Of a stretch of DNA of 64,000 nucleotides, positions 12,599 through 26,526 are shown piece by piece. The DNA is from Phoronis australis. Its lineage: Eukaryota; Animalia; Phoronida. Position numbers and translations under genes: made by a program. Under the pieces are notes generated by a model that searched no databases, was not told the DNA's origin, and saw only the letters and a list, made by a program, of their open reading frames with translations. Position 1 is the first letter of the stretch. Every line of letters begins with the position of its first letter. The stretch spans positions 919,122-983,121 of the forward strand of contig NMRA01000109.1 of NCBI GenBank assembly GCA_002633005.1, in the 5' to 3' direction.

Positions 12599-13469
12599 CA
12601 CAATGCATTGTGTTTGTGTTCCAGATTGCTTCATTGAATATTTAGAAACGATCTCTCTTGAATGAGTGAGCAACATCTTTTGATTGGCTTTGAGGTCTGG
12701 AAGTGACATTCACCTGAATAATGACCAACATTGAGTGCCTTCAATGCATGAATGCAAATGATATTCACCACAAAGAGCCCTATTTTTGTGACTGACTGCT
12801 GTGAATATAAATGCAAATTTTTTTTGGATTGGCTACAGCAGTTGTAAATGATATTCATAGGAGTCAGTATCCTCTTCCATTAACTAATGCGAATGCAAGT
12901 TAGCTGTTTAAAGCTGTCACCGACCCAAGGACCTCTCATGTTTTATCAGTGAACAGGCTACTTAGTGTACTTGTGCTCAGATCTCTAACCACAAACAGTT
13001 TCTTCTTGACATCACTCTTTTTTCATGAGGACAACTTATTCCTTTTTTTTTCATGCGCTGTAATTCTTGCCATGCAAATTTTGATCAAGAATTTTGTTCT
13101 TTTCACTGTCTGACTGTGGTATGAACAACCATTTGCTCGATATCGTGTACTAAAACTGTCTGTGCAGCACTACTTGGTGCAAAAGAAGTTCCTGATGATG
13201 GAGATAACTGTGTGAGAAAAGAGTTGTTTTCGTAACTCAAGTACACTGTTGGTGTGAACGCCTCTGCCATTAGTGAGGGAGGGAAATGGTTACCTCGTAT
13301 TATGAGAGACTTGTTTTTCTGACCCCAATGTCTTCATCTTATTCCTTGATTTCTGGAAGGAAATTTTTTTTGAGATTTTCAAGGAAAAATTTGAAATGTG
13401 GCTTCATAGGCAATGCTCATTGAATAAGCTCAGTGAAATTATTTCTACTCCTAACGTAGCCAGAGGTGG

Positions 13470-13640
13470 ATTTGATGCATCACTTGTATCAAGTAATGCA
13501 TCATTTGGAGCATTACTCGGCGCATCACTCCGTGAAGCAGTCTGTGCATCACTTTGTGTGCAACAGTCTGTCATCAATTAATGAACTAGTCTGTGCATCA
13601 ATCAATGGATCATTCGTGCATCAATCAATGAATCAGTCTA
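13470..13640 (+). repeat. Degenerate short tandem repeat (TGCATCA core) in the presumed 3' UTR
   Basis: Recurrent TGCATCA / GTCTGTGCATCA / ATCAAT units. Confidence 0.55.
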
Positions 13641-14389
13641 AAAAAGCAGGGCACTACATTAAGATCTATGATTTTTTCATTCCGCCAACTTCCTGTGGGC
13701 TTTTGTCGCATTTTCTCTGACTTTGTTTCTCTGAGGCGGACCTTTTTGCCCACTTGGCCAAATGGATGCACGCATGGATAACACCCAAAGTTTCGCAGTA
13801 TATGGATGGCCTGGTAGGCCCCTACTTGTGAATTTATTTTCATTTTGTTTTGGCCTACCTGTTTACACATGTGTTGTTAATGGGTTTTGTTGTGGAACTT
13901 GTTGAACCTAAAATTATGGAATAAATTATATTAAGAATTCTCTCCTTTTTACATGAGGCGACTTGTTAATAACCATGAATGTGACATATATATGTATATT
14001 ATCCTTTGGGATTTGAAGGTGTCCACGGTCATGTCAGCACCCAGGTTTTTTTAACTTTGGCCGCATCCCAGCGAACAAGTAGGCGACTTTTCAAAATCGA
14101 GACGGGCTTATTGACGCGGAATTGAGGTTACATCGGATGAGTGCAAGCAGATTTTCCCTCTATAAATGGCGTGCACCTGATTTTGCAGTTAAATGAGCGG
14201 CATAACCACGAAATTTAAGGTCAGTATATAAGGTATTTTTCGGAAAAACTTTATTGCAAACTTGCACTTTCCTTATGATATACAAATGCGTACAATCATA
14301 CTAAGTTCTGTGTTAGAATGATGACAAAAAAATGTTTCGGCTCATCATTTACAAGACTTAGTGTTCCAAATAAGAATTGACATGGTGTA

Positions 14390-14448
14390 CAGGGGCGGAT
14401 CCAGGATTTTATGTTAGGGGGGCATGGCCCCCTCTAAATCCGCCACTG
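14390..14448. mobile_element. 59-bp hAT-like MITE with 5-bp TSD
   Basis: GTGTA|CAGGGGCGGAT...ATCCGCCACTG|GTGTA. Confidence 0.8.
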
Positions 14449-14960
14449 GTGTAAGACAAAGTTTGATGCTTTGTTTTATTACTAGTTCACTTCTAAAGGC
14501 TCGGAGAATGGTTTGAAGATCATGGTTTTTACTTTCTTTAACCATGCCAGTGTAGACCAACATCGACATTGCCCTTTATAAATGTTTTATACCGTTGACC
14601 TATTTTTACCAGCGTCAATGGAGAAAGCACCGGATACGGCGGAGCATTCCACGGGGGGGGGGGGGGGGGTNAGCCCTCCATCAAAACAATGTCAGAATTG
14701 TTTTGACGGGAATGTTAGTTAAAACAGTTAAGCTTACACTTCAAAACTCGCACAAATATATTCGTTTACGATTTCCCTTACGTGTACTGTGAGACATGAA
14801 CAATGTATAGGCCATCAAAAAATCATACGGGGCTTGACAGTGTCATGAGAAGTGCCAATTTCCTGCGAACAACTACCTCTTCAATAATTCTTTTCTAATA
14901 ACGCTCTTCAAAGGAAATACTATCTTTGGAATACTCTGGTAAAATATCGATGTTTTCGAT

Positions 14961-16695
14961 ATTTTCATACCTATAATCAGCCATGTATATTGTAATTCAC
15001 TAATAGTGATTTTTCAAGTTCTTCAAACGTGCGGCTTTTGCGGTCAATGCTATTTGATTTTTCGTTAATACAATCGCATATTAATATTTTCGTTGTTAAG
15101 GCCGCATGGCTGCTGTACTACACATGAACAGTTCATGTGAGTTTCTCGACTAGTTTGAAATTTAACTACACCCCTTCGCGAACAGGGTTGGGGCGCAAGG
15201 AGCAAGAAAGGACACCTGGGAAAGGACACACACTGAGAGCATGAAGGGCGCAGCACTTAAAAAAGTGGGAGCGCTATAGCCCCAGCCCCCTTGTGGTGCA
15301 CCGCCCATAGACCAAGGGCGGCGCAGCACTGAAAAAAGTAGGGGTGCTGTAGCCCCACAGCCCCCTATGGTGTGCCGCCAATGTAGAAAGGCAGGAAATG
15401 AACAACATATTGAGGCTATCACCAGGGCAACTCTCCGTCAGGTACGCAACTGTTCGGAACTGTACAAACTCTTATTAAATTCATCACCGGGATTCTAGCA
15501 ATGTCGTGATTGCTTTTATTGCTATGAATTTTTTGTCGGTGTGACTATACGTCGACTCCACTAAGACAATGAAGAACATCAAACCCATGACAACAGTGCT
15601 GCCGACATGCCTCTATTAGGGCCTACCTACCATGACATTGGCTGTCATAACCCACGTATATTGTAACCTAATTGGACAATAATGAAATATTACTCACAGA
15701 TTACGACACATACCCTGCTCATTGCGGAAACTCTACTCACCCTTGATTCTAAAGCATCCCCTCCCTGAATATCAATAGTATTTCCACCAAGTTACAACTC
15801 TGGCTCTGACTCCCGCCAATTTTCTGTNATTTTCATACCTGTAATCAGCCATGTATATTGTAATTCACTAATAGTGATTTTTCAAGTTCGTCAAACGTGC
15901 GGCTTTTGCGGTCAATGCTATTTGTTTTTTCGTTAATACAATCGCATATTAATATTTTGGTTGTTAAGGCCGCATGGCTGCTGTACTACACATGAACAGT
16001 TCATGTGAGTTTCTCGACTAGTTTGAAATTTAACTACACCCCTTCGCGAACAGTGTTGGGGCGCAAGGAGCAAGAAAGGACACCTGGGAAAGGACACACA
16101 CTGAGAGCATGAACGGCGCAGCACTTAAAAAAGTGGGAGCGCTATAGCCCCAGCCCCCTTGTGGTGCACCGCCCATAGACCAAGGGCGGCGCAGCACTGA
16201 AAAAAGTAGGGGTGCTGTAGCCCCACAGCCCCCTATGGTGTGCCGCCAATGGAGAAAGGCAGGAAATGAACAACATATTGAGGCTATCACCAGGGCAACT
16301 CTCCGTCAGGTACGCAACTGTTCGGAACTGTACAAACTCTTATTAAATTCATCACCGGGATTCTAGCAATGTCGTGATTGCTTTTATTGCTATGAATTTT
16401 TTGTCGGTGTGACTATACGTCGACTCCACTAAGACAATGAAGAACATCAAACCCATGACAACAGTGCTGCCGACATGCCTCTATTAGGGCCTACCTACCA
16501 TGACATTGGCTGTCATAACCCACGTATATTGTAACCTAATTGGACAATAATGAAATATTACTCACAGATTACGACACATACCCTGCTCATTGCGGAAACT
16601 CTACTCACCCTTGATTCTAAAGCATCCCCTCCTTGAATATCAATAGTATTTCCACTAAGTTACAACTCTGGCTCTGACTCCCGCCAATTTTCTGT
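14961..16695 (+). repeat. Near-identical 867-bp direct duplication separated by a single N (likely assembly overlap); each copy contains a CATG-ended MITE (15240-15383, 16108-16251)
   Basis: 14961-15827 matches 15829-16695 with a few substitutions; N at 15828 exactly at the junction. Confidence 0.85.
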
Positions 16696-16787
16696 TCCCT
16701 GTCCACTTTCATTTTGTGCACTGTCACAGAAGACAGTTTCGTTGAAAGAAAGTGACGGGTTGTTCTCAAAATGCACTAAATGAGTAA

Positions 16788-17104
16788 CAGTGGCGGACCT
16801 AGGATACCATAACGGGGATGGGGGACCAACATGTTGCCTCGGGGGAATTGGGCAAAGCGCGGCTGTATGTGCGCAGACGGCCCGAAAGTTGTGAGGGGTG
16901 GGGGCCAGGGATGTGGACCTTTTGTTCAGGAAATCTAATGGTTTGCAGAAAAAAACGATTCCGTCCTAGCACACCCCTCGTCCGCTACGGGTCCTGGTTC
17001 CTCAACTCAATAGTTCCTCACGCTTCACGCTGCTGTTGTTTCATTTTGCTTCCGGTAGCCAAGGGAGAGGGTGGCGCAGCCCCCCCTCCCTAAATCCGCC
17101 TATG
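16788..17104. mobile_element. hAT-like MITE with 5-bp TSD
   Basis: AGTAA|CAGTGGCGGACCTAGG...CCTAAATCCGCCTATG|GGTAA. Confidence 0.7.
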
Positions 17105-17116
17105 GGTAAAACTTTA

Positions 17117-20100
17117 CAGGCCCGTAGGGGGGGCCGATTCGATCGAACCCCCCGTCGAAAAGGTCCAGCTCGGGCTACGATAAGGAAGTAGCTGAACACC
17201 AACAAAAATTACTACAGCCACTATTAATTAAAATAATAACAAAACTAGTGATGATTTCGAAGCCTAAATGCTCATCTTATTCAAACCGCTTTGCATAGTG
17301 ACATCAGACCACAAGAACTTCGCCTGATAGTTCTTGTAGACAACGGGATCTTAGGCCTACAGACGACCAGAGGACGCTTCAAAAGATTGACAGTTTCAAA
17401 GACACCGACTAACCACAAACGCACGTGCTCTCGTGATGACTACACCATGAGGTAAGAGCGTCATTCTAAATTAGCGAACATGCCTGGCGGTAAACAGCAT
17501 CGAGAGAGAGCTCTCAAAAAAGCAGCGAGTGGGTGTCTTAAAATCGACCAATGGGCGAAGAAGCAGAAAACAAGTTTGTCGCATGCATTCGATTGTTGCT
17601 AGTGACAATGTATAGCACGCTTTTTGAAATTCCATATCTAAAGATCGCGGATTCTGTTGCGACTTACAATGTACACTGTACTTGTGGATCGTTTGATTGA
17701 CATGCATAATGATGCACATAATTGCACGCGTTTCCATTCTTTAAAGTCACCTTACGTATCTTCACTATAGCCCCTGCTCCTAAAAACAGACGTTTAATTA
17801 CCGTGTTTTTTTACAAAAAACTCAGATATGGACATGGGTGCCTGTTCACAGGCAGGAATAAGTACATGAACGCTTAGGTCCACTAACCAATCTTCAATCA
17901 ATGAAAAAAGCCTGGTGTTGACAGCAAATCAGTGGCAATGGTACACCACCTCACAGAGTTCCATGCGTCCGAGCAACAGATTTGATAGAAGAGGTTTCCA
18001 ACGCTTTAAGCAAATTAAGTGACGTGCAAAAATACAATCTTATCAAAAATCACGACAAACCATCTCCCGACAACATTTTTCCAACAGAGTATGCACGCTT
18101 GGTTTAAAGAGTTTGGGAATTCATTGGTGTATAGCTCAAAAATTGATGGTGCGTTCTGCGTTTCTTGTGCTTTATTTTCGAAAGGTGACGTAAAAAGGCA
18201 ACCAACCAAGTTAGTGAACAGGCCATTCACGCAATGGCATCATGAAACGAAAGTACTGTCTGAGCATTTCAAAAAAAGATATCACATGGAGGCATTAGAT
18301 GATGCTAATACATTTGTTAGCATGATGGAAAATCCGCAGAAAGGTGTTGACGCTGTCTTAGACAGTAAGGTCAAAGAACAAACTAGAAAGATTATTGTCA
18401 CGGCTTGACAATAATGGACTCTGCGCGTGCGTATTAAAGGAATTGTTATGGGAAGTTACTGACAGCTACCTGGTTACCAATATGAAAAGGAATTCTTTAA
18501 AATTGTAGGAGAAATTACATGTTAATATTTTGATGACCTTTCCACTTACTGACCTCTTCCGGTGCATTATGAACCCCGATGNTGTGTATACGATTTGTAG
18601 ACGCCGATGACAACATTCGAGAGGAGTTGCAGGAAATCTGTAGTCTTGCGCGGTTAACCGGCAAACACGTAGCGGAATGCATAATGGGCACCTTAGATAG
18701 GCTCGGGATCGACATTGCCAACTGCAGAGGCCAGGGATATGATGGCGCAGCAAATATGAGTAGTGACAACGTTGACGTCCAGGCAATCCAGCGTGAACAC
18801 TCTCCTTTAGCCTTATACACACATTGCTTCGGTCATTGTCTAAACTTAGTGATAGCCTGTTCATGTTCGATACAGGAAATCAGAAACACTTTGGATAAAG
18901 TAAAATGCGTTGTTTATTTTTTATGAGCAGTCCAAAGAGAGAACACCTCCTGAATGAAGTACATAAAAAGAAAGACCCCGAATCGCTAAAAACGCCCCTC
19001 ATTGAGGTTTGCCGCAATCGCTGGTCGGCACGTCACGATGCTTACTCGAGGTTTTTTCAGTCGTACGGGTGTATTGTAATTTCGCTAGAAGTTATAGCAT
19101 ATGACCAACACAAGCACGAGTACAGCACCGCCGTGACATCGGGCTGGACAGGGAAGTACAAATCCGAAGCAAGTGGGTTGCTAGCTGGTATCACTTCCTT
19201 TGATTTTATAGTGACATTCTGCATAGTATATAACTTACTTTCTCATCTAGAAGGCATTACAATCAAATTGCAGATTACAACAGTTGATATTGTACAAGCT
19301 TACGGAATGGTGAATGAGATTCAAAACCTGTACCAGGAACTTCGCGAGACTGTGGACATTTACCACCAAGCCGTTGTCATGGCTCGAGATGTTGGTGTGG
19401 AACCCAGCATGCCGCGACAAGCTCTTCGCCAAACACATCGAGCAAATCCACCAAATTCCAGTGTCAAGCAGTACAGTGATGATTACCGTTTCTGGATCAC
19501 ATTGCATCCGAATTTAGGGCCCTTTTTTCTCGAACAACCGTTACGGCATCCTCACTTCTAGGATTGATTCCGTCTCATCTCGGGGAAATTGAACCGGAAG
19601 TCATAAACATGTATAAAGCAGATCTGCCGTCACCCGAGTTACTTCAACAGCAAATGATGCGATGGAGGCACAAGTAGAAATCCCAGCAGAATGCGCCCTC
19701 GACATGTGCCCAGCCTATTAAAGACTGTGACCAAATTTTGTATCCGAACGTCTATGTACTGCTAAAAATTTTGGCTACACTACCGGTGACGTGAATGCGA
19801 GAGATCCGCTAGCTCATTACGCAGACTCAACACGTTCATGCGAGCAAGTATGAGTGGTGACAGAATGTCATCCCTGGCGCTGATGCATGTTCATTACAAC
19901 AAAGAGATAGAAATTGACAGAGTTGTCCAGCGTTTTGAGCAAATAAATCCCAGGAAGGTGAAATTTGGTAGCGTACTAACCTGATGTGTATCTTCTCGCT
20001 TCGATGAGCGTACTTAAAGTGGAACTTACATATATATTGAATTAAGTGTATTAAGCTTTTGTTCAACTATTAATGTTCTTGACAATAAAGCTTTGAAAAC

Positions 20101-20251
20101 TTATTGCGTCGCCCATTGTCAGCTTCTGAAGTGCTCTAACCAGAAAGGTAGAGAGGGTCGACGCTACTTCTAGCGAAATGCCATCAAAGGAAAGGTCCAA
20201 CCTTTTAGAAATTCCACCCCCGCCCCTCGTATAATCCTGACTACGGGCCTG
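17117..20251 (+). mobile_element. Decayed autonomous hAT DNA transposon
   Basis: TIRs CAGGCCCGTAG / CTACGGGCCTG; flanks CTTTA / CCTTA; contains a transposase pseudogene. Confidence 0.85.
18019..19970 (+). pseudogene. hAT transposase (ZMYM1/THAP12-like) with frameshifts and stops
   Basis: TTF-type Zn finger (WF..LVYS..DGAFCVSCALF), IRFVD..IREE, CRGQGYDGAANMS, YTHCFGHCLNLVI, RW motif, and C-terminal dimerisation segment LYPNVYVLLKILATLPVT..SSLRRLNTFMRASMSGDRMSSLALMHVH. Confidence 0.9.
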
Positions 20252-21796
20252 CCTTATGAGAAAATGTGGTTAGCTGCGTTAATGATTCAGTGCCACCCGT
20301 ATATTTGGACTTATAGCCAAGCAGCATGAAAACTGTTTGTGTCAGCTGTTTTGTACCACGGCCACGCAAAAGTACACGTACTAATCTGGATCAAAAATAC
20401 AATTGCGTGCAAACGTGTTTAAACTTCAAACAAATGAAGTAGACCGTTCCAGAGATCCAGGTGATATTAGGCAGGTCATATTGACCGAGGGCAATGTTAC
20501 CCCGAAAGCAGAATTGCTGTCACGAAATCCTTACGACCTGATATGAACCATTGGGATAGTATCGTCTGCTCTAAAGACAGCCTTGAATAGGTGCCTACGT
20601 TCTGTTCGCTTTGTACTAGCCAGGGTTTATGTATGCAGCGCCGAATGTTCAGATCACGATAACAACAGCTGGCGTCCGGACGGCATGAACGAAAATACAC
20701 ACTTCCTTCCCACTGGTGCGTGTAACACGCCAGCATTGCCTATTGATTATGTATGGGGCTTCTCATTTCCGTATAGATGGCGCTATCAGTGACAAAGTGT
20801 AGAACGAGATCTATTGCCTTCGTAGGCCTAGTCCAACTCCAGAGCATTACCTTATCAGTAGATTCGGTCACATTACCTCCACACCAGAACGATTTTTCAG
20901 ACGAATAAAGCCGGGGAAAATTATGACATTATCTTGTATTATCGGGCACCGAGAGCAATCTAAAGCGATAATTTCTGTTTTTGATAATCATTTCTGCTTG
21001 TTTTTTTGCAAATTGTCTGTTTGCGGAACTATTTTGAACGAACTCACGCTCAAATGTTATTTTCACATATGTGTAACGAGGCGACTGGTGGATGAGACAG
21101 TCTCGTCACCTGGTGACTGCACTGGCAGCCGCTTTGTAAATGCAACTGCACCGTGTTTAACCAATCAGGGGACAGAAGTGCAGCATGTAAGCTACACGCT
21201 GGCCATAATGCAGTCACCAGAAACTCCTAACAATGTCAAATCGCAGTGTCGAATCTACGGGGGTTCTGAGATTTAAACACCTTAGGCCAGGACGAGCCAA
21301 AAAACCACCGACGTTGGTAGTCACGCATCAGCTATAGGGGGATCCACCCCACACCGACAAAATCATAATAGATCCGCCAATGAGTCGCACAGCCGCTATG
21401 ATTCAGAATCTGGAAAAATCGTGTCAGAAGCAACAATTACCCAGTCGTGTGTCAAATAAAATAATAATCAATCACGAGTCTCAGCTTGCGCGCGTTGGTT
21501 ATTCTTCAAGTTGTGCTGGTACGCCGAAATTCTACGTCTATCATTGTAACACGTACTGCAACGAGACTCGGGTGAGCTCGGTCATTCAAGGATCCAGTCA
21601 GACCATCCGCTCTTTCATTCATCACCAGTCTCTGACGTCAGAGTACGTGCGGTGAGCACTGTCGGATTCAAGTTATTATTAAAAGTAATCTCACTGTGTA
21701 AATATCGCAGGATCGATATGACAAAATTGGTTATTTCCTAAAACCACTCAAGATTACGAATTACCGTTCTCGGTATAGAGCTCTTTAAACATTGAC

Positions 21797-22014
21797 CATG
21801 CGCGCACATTGCCGTAAAAATGAGGGTTTGAATTTTTGAGAATGTGGACCTTTTACTAAGATTCAGGGATTACTTTCAGAGCTATGAATTGTACATTCGC
21901 CGAATTTTGGTAGTTCCTGCCTTTTTAGCGCACTTTTACTCCGTTTTCTTTTTTTTTCGGACTTTTTGTTTCTCTGAGGTGGACCTTTTGCCGGCACTTC
22001 GCCATGCGCGCATG
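21797..22014. mobile_element. CATG-ended hAT-like MITE with 5-bp TSD
   Basis: TTGAC|CATGCGCGCA...TGCGCGCATG|TTGAC; internal GGACCTTTT motifs; related to 40678-40918. Confidence 0.8.
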
Positions 22015-22352
22015 TTGACTAAATACTCTTCCTGTAGATAGTAAACATAAATGAGCGTAAATGATTTTGAGGTTACAGAATCGTCTGTTTACCGCGCCCA
22101 AAGGAAACCCGATAACTCAGTAGTGAACTCGTTCATCGTCGAAGATAGGCGTAAGCAGAAAACTCTCGTCTGTGAAGACAATTTAAGCGTTACCAGCCAA
22201 ATTTCAGGACCGATAACCAAATCTTCGTTATACGTCGGGGTTCGTATTCTTTCTGTTGTTTTAGCTATGAATTCATTGTAAGTTAATATTTGCGCGTATT
22301 TTGACCCTTGCACCTGTAACTGAAACAATAACTTTTTTTCTAAGAAAATTAA

Positions 22353-22353
<1 letters not shown>

Positions 22354-22407
<54 letters not shown>
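22354..22407 (+). repeat. (GA)n microsatellite
   Basis: Perfect AG dinucleotide run. Confidence 0.97.
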
Positions 22408-22408
<1 letters not shown>

Positions 22409-22514
22409 GAATACTCGTCAACGCTTCCAGTTTTGTAAAGCACAAACTAAAGGTGTTCAAGGGTCATTTCGCCATTATTTAGCTGTTCAGGTTGGATCAT
22501 CAATCGAACCCCAC

Positions 22515-23592
22515 TGATATGCCGTGAAATGTAACAATTTCGTTACAATCTTGTTACATTTTACGTTGAATGCACATGCGAGAAATGCACCATTGTTACA
22601 TTTTACGAAGCCAACGTCATATTACAAGGAAAATGACCTCAAATCACGAAGGAGTAGTATCTGGCTCGGCCGGGGCTACAGGAGTATTTTTGACGACAAC
22701 AACAAAATTGTTTGATGTTTTGTTACCAACACTATTTCAGACAGGTTTGACATAGGAACAATGATATTTTTAAGCTGTTTAAAACACTTTACTTTGCTCA
22801 CTCTTGTCAAAGGCGATCTTTCGCTGTTGCACTGGCAAAATGTATCAACCTGCTCGCAAATAAATTCGTGCTTTTACTTCCTTCCACCACAATGTGAACT
22901 AAAATAGATGTTTTTTCTATCAAATTAGCTTCCGAAATTGAATTCTTCGAGAAAATTTTTTTGTTATGGTCATTTGTTCCGGAAGAAATACGATAAATAT
23001 TAGCAAAATACGATGTCACTGTTTGTATTTTGCTTACCAAGGCAAGTTTATGTACTGTAATGCCGGATACACAATTGGTTTATGACACGTGATCGCCAAG
23101 AAAGGATTGCAAGAAAACAATAAAAAAATATTTCCTGATCCTGGAAACTCTTTTCGTCTGGAGTTGAAACTGTACGGAGTACATTTTTGATCATACCAAG
23201 AAACATTGTAACAAAAAACAATGGAAAGCACATAGGGACACATCTATAAATTCGAGGTACCACATTTGACACAATTTCATTCAAACAAACCGAGAAAGAA
23301 GACAATAAGTGTGTGAACCGCTACCCTCCGTGTGACAAATACCATGCAAACTTATGAAATATGACGTCGCTTTCGTAAAATGTAAGAATGGTACATTTCT
23401 TGCATGTGCATTCGACGTAAATTGTAACAATTACATAAAATGTAACAACTTGTTACATTTTAGGAGAGGCCTAGCAACGTAAAATATAACAGTTACATTT
23501 TACGTCATTGTTATATTTTGCGTTGCCAGGCCTCTCCTAAAATGTAACAAGTTTTAACATTTTACGAAATTGTTACATTTTACGCCGTATCA
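22515..23592. mobile_element. Non-autonomous TG..CA-ended element with inverted arms rich in AAATGTAAC motifs
   Basis: TGATATGCCGTGAAATGTAAC at left versus GTTACATTTTACGCCGTATCA at right; 22550-22625 is inverted at about 23358-23430; flanks CCAC / CCGC; internal hairpin at about 23435-23560. Confidence 0.7.
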
Positions 23593-25697
23593 CCGCACAC
23601 CGGATCTTGAACTGCTGCCGAATATCCGGCAACTCAAGTCACAGGCAATGTGTGCCACTTTTGACTTCGCAATTTTAGGGTTGGCCAACTCCAACAAACT
23701 CTGAGGCGTTTTCTAAAGTCGCTCACGATTTTGAATTGTTCTTTATGGTAACAGAAACAGAATCCTATTGCCGTAAGGCAAGGAATATTATAAGACCGAT
23801 TTTATGAGAATAAAAGGTCAAATTCCAGTTTCATTTTTGTAGCCTGCTCAGTGAGCTCTAGGCACCAGAATACTGGTTCCTATAGGGGAGCTGAATGAAG
23901 AAGGAGTAGCAATTTGTCTACTTGCTCATTGGTCAGCTAAACAATATTTTTAAAATTTGGTTTGCGCTTTGGCGTAGCTGCACGTGTAGAAGCATGGGCG
24001 TGAATACTCGTCAATACGGTAATCAAGGTTTTCGCGCTCAAAAAACGTGGGCGCAAAGAGTGTAGTGCACTTTTTGATGAAGACGGCATGACTAGGTCAG
24101 TTAACTGCAATCAACTGAGTATAAGCGGGGAGTGACCTAAATCTTTCTCGAAACTGGATTCCCATGGTAACTAGCTAGTGTAGACAAGATTGCAATGCAG
24201 ATGTCATTCTCCTTAATCATCAAGAGTCAGTACTTAAAATGCCGAGCATACCATTAGACCGCACTTTCCATCGACCTTGGCGTGGCCTTTTCACCGATAA
24301 TTATTTATAATAACCCCGATGTACGTTTCAGGCGCATCGAAATTTTTATCGAAAACAGAGATTTTTTTGGGTGCACATGTCATCATCTTTGCATTTCACC
24401 AACCCAGAAAATGTAAGCAAAACAAACATTTATGATATAAACCATGAATTGCTTGTGTGTGCCACTTTTCCAAAACTGGTTGTACGTTCTGTTTATTGGC
24501 ATGCACTTTCATTATTCAATTTCGAAGAAATGAACGCAATCCATTCCCATACACGGGGTGGAGTGGCGGCGGCGACGGTTGCAAACGTACCCCACTACTG
24601 ACAGGTTCTCTCAAGGAACCGCTTATTTGCAATGACGTAAACCCCGTCCTGAGCCAGAACAGTTTCGTTTCTAAATCTTTCTGACTGTCCATAATGGCGA
24701 ATTTTCAAAATGCATTAACCATTAATTTTGGTTATAAACGAACACCACGACGGTATTCATTGGAAAAAACAACCAAGTACGGTTTTCGATTTTTAAAAAT
24801 CGATGAACTAATAGTCTAAAAACTACAACCATTGGGTACGGTTGAAGATAAACTACAGCGCGTATTGATATACTCGGTGGATATACACACGCTGATCAGA
24901 GTTAACAGTATCACATGGATTCATTTTTTAATATTCTTTCAATCTCTTTTTACCGGATTTTTGACCAGGAAACAGTTGTTGTGCCCACTTTTCATTTTTA
25001 TCACTGGCAAAGAGCTAGATTAGTTGTATAGTCAGTGCCACCGAAATTGTCCAGAGATTCCAAATCTTCAGTTTGGTTATCACCATATTTGCACTTTTGT
25101 ATATATTTTATGATTTGAGTTCTAATAAAGATTAAACTTTAATGAAACGTGAAATGTTTAGTGTACCTGTAATGTGGTAAGTTTAGGGATGGGCTCACAA
25201 TGAACTTAACTAATAAAGTTTAGCTGGCGATCAAAATCTACCACTGTTTTGGTACTTCAAGTTCAAAACTTAGATAAAAAGTTATCAACCCGTTCCCAGT
25301 AAGAAAAAAAAAACAACAAGTGGGCAGAAGCATTAAAAATTAAGTAAAGAAAACCGATATGAAACTTATTGTTCCTTTGTGAAGTGGCCCTTTGTGAAGA
25401 TAAACACAAGTTTTAACCTTTTGTAATATTTATAATGAACCAAGTTAAAATTACTCTCCAGAGTTGCAGGCTATAACTCTGCAAATTTCAGAGAAAACCA
25501 AATTGGGGGTAACAACAACCGTTGTTGAGACAGTAATGCTAGCAATTACCTTTCCACTTCATTAGCTCAGATCTCCTTCAATACAAAGGGTGTGCTGAAT
25601 AGGCATAGTAAACGTTGTCTGGGGCTTAAGGAATCAGAGCGGTCACCAGTATAAGCGAGTAATTCTCCACATGTTGGCTGTGTGATCACATGCTAAT

Positions 25698-26526
25698 TCA
25701 GTGTTTGCTGACAGAAAGCTGTTGTGAAACAATATCTCGATTGTATATCCTATGGTCAGATGTTAGGGGAATCTTTATTTAGATATTCATATACATGTAC
25801 ATTATTCGAATCATTGCTCCTGTGCAACTTTTGCCCTGACGGTTTTGCTGTGGAAGGGTAACCTGACTTGGTGGCCTCAGACGAGCTAGTAAGTAGATTT
25901 GCAGTTTTGCGTCTAATTCACCAAAATAATCACGTGCACATTATTTCTTTGGCTCACTAGTATAGTCTTTTCGTGACTGGAAGTTTAGTTTCTAACTTCG
26001 GCTGGTTTATGTTCGTGAAGTCTTCTGGCCGGCCGCCACGGGCCTGACCGGGTTCCGAGCCACTGACCGGGATAACCAGCGTTTTTGTGTGTTTAGAACT
26101 GAAAAAAAATCGCAAGTCTGTATTTCACGGACGAATTTATCACCGAACAGGTCCCAAAACTCCTGCGACCGACCTTGGTAAATTGGCCTACCTAACTTTG
26201 TAGGCTAGGTACGTTCCAATACATAATCCGTAACAGCGACATAAAACAACAGATTTGTTCAATAACTCGATGTATTTGTAAGTGTTTTACTTCGAATGTT
26301 TTTGATTTATTGGTGTAAAACGATAAATTCAACCGATAAGCTGACACCAGTAAGCGTGTTGTGAACTGCTGAACAGACTGCGTTCGAACCTCTGACGTCA
26401 TTGGTTAATTTCAACACTTCCGTCTGCCGTCATGTGTCAGGTAAAAGAACCGTACTTGCTGTTATCGAGTGGAACTACGCGATCTAAATTGATATAAAAT
26501 ATGTTGTTTTAGGGTAGCATTCTCCT
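25698..26526. mobile_element. Truncated inverted copy of the TTAA element at 55792
   Basis: Reverse complement of 55792-56620, ending GGGTAGCATTCTCCT|TTAA. Confidence 0.8.

Noticed and set aside
14961-16695. 867-bp tandem duplication as a real segmental duplication
   Set aside because: A single N lies exactly at the junction and the copies differ by only a few SNPs, typical of unmerged allelic contig ends.
18019-19561. Domesticated host gene (ZMYM1/THAP12 orthologue)
   Set aside because: Multiple frameshifts and stops, and enclosed by TIRs with a TSD, so a decayed transposon.
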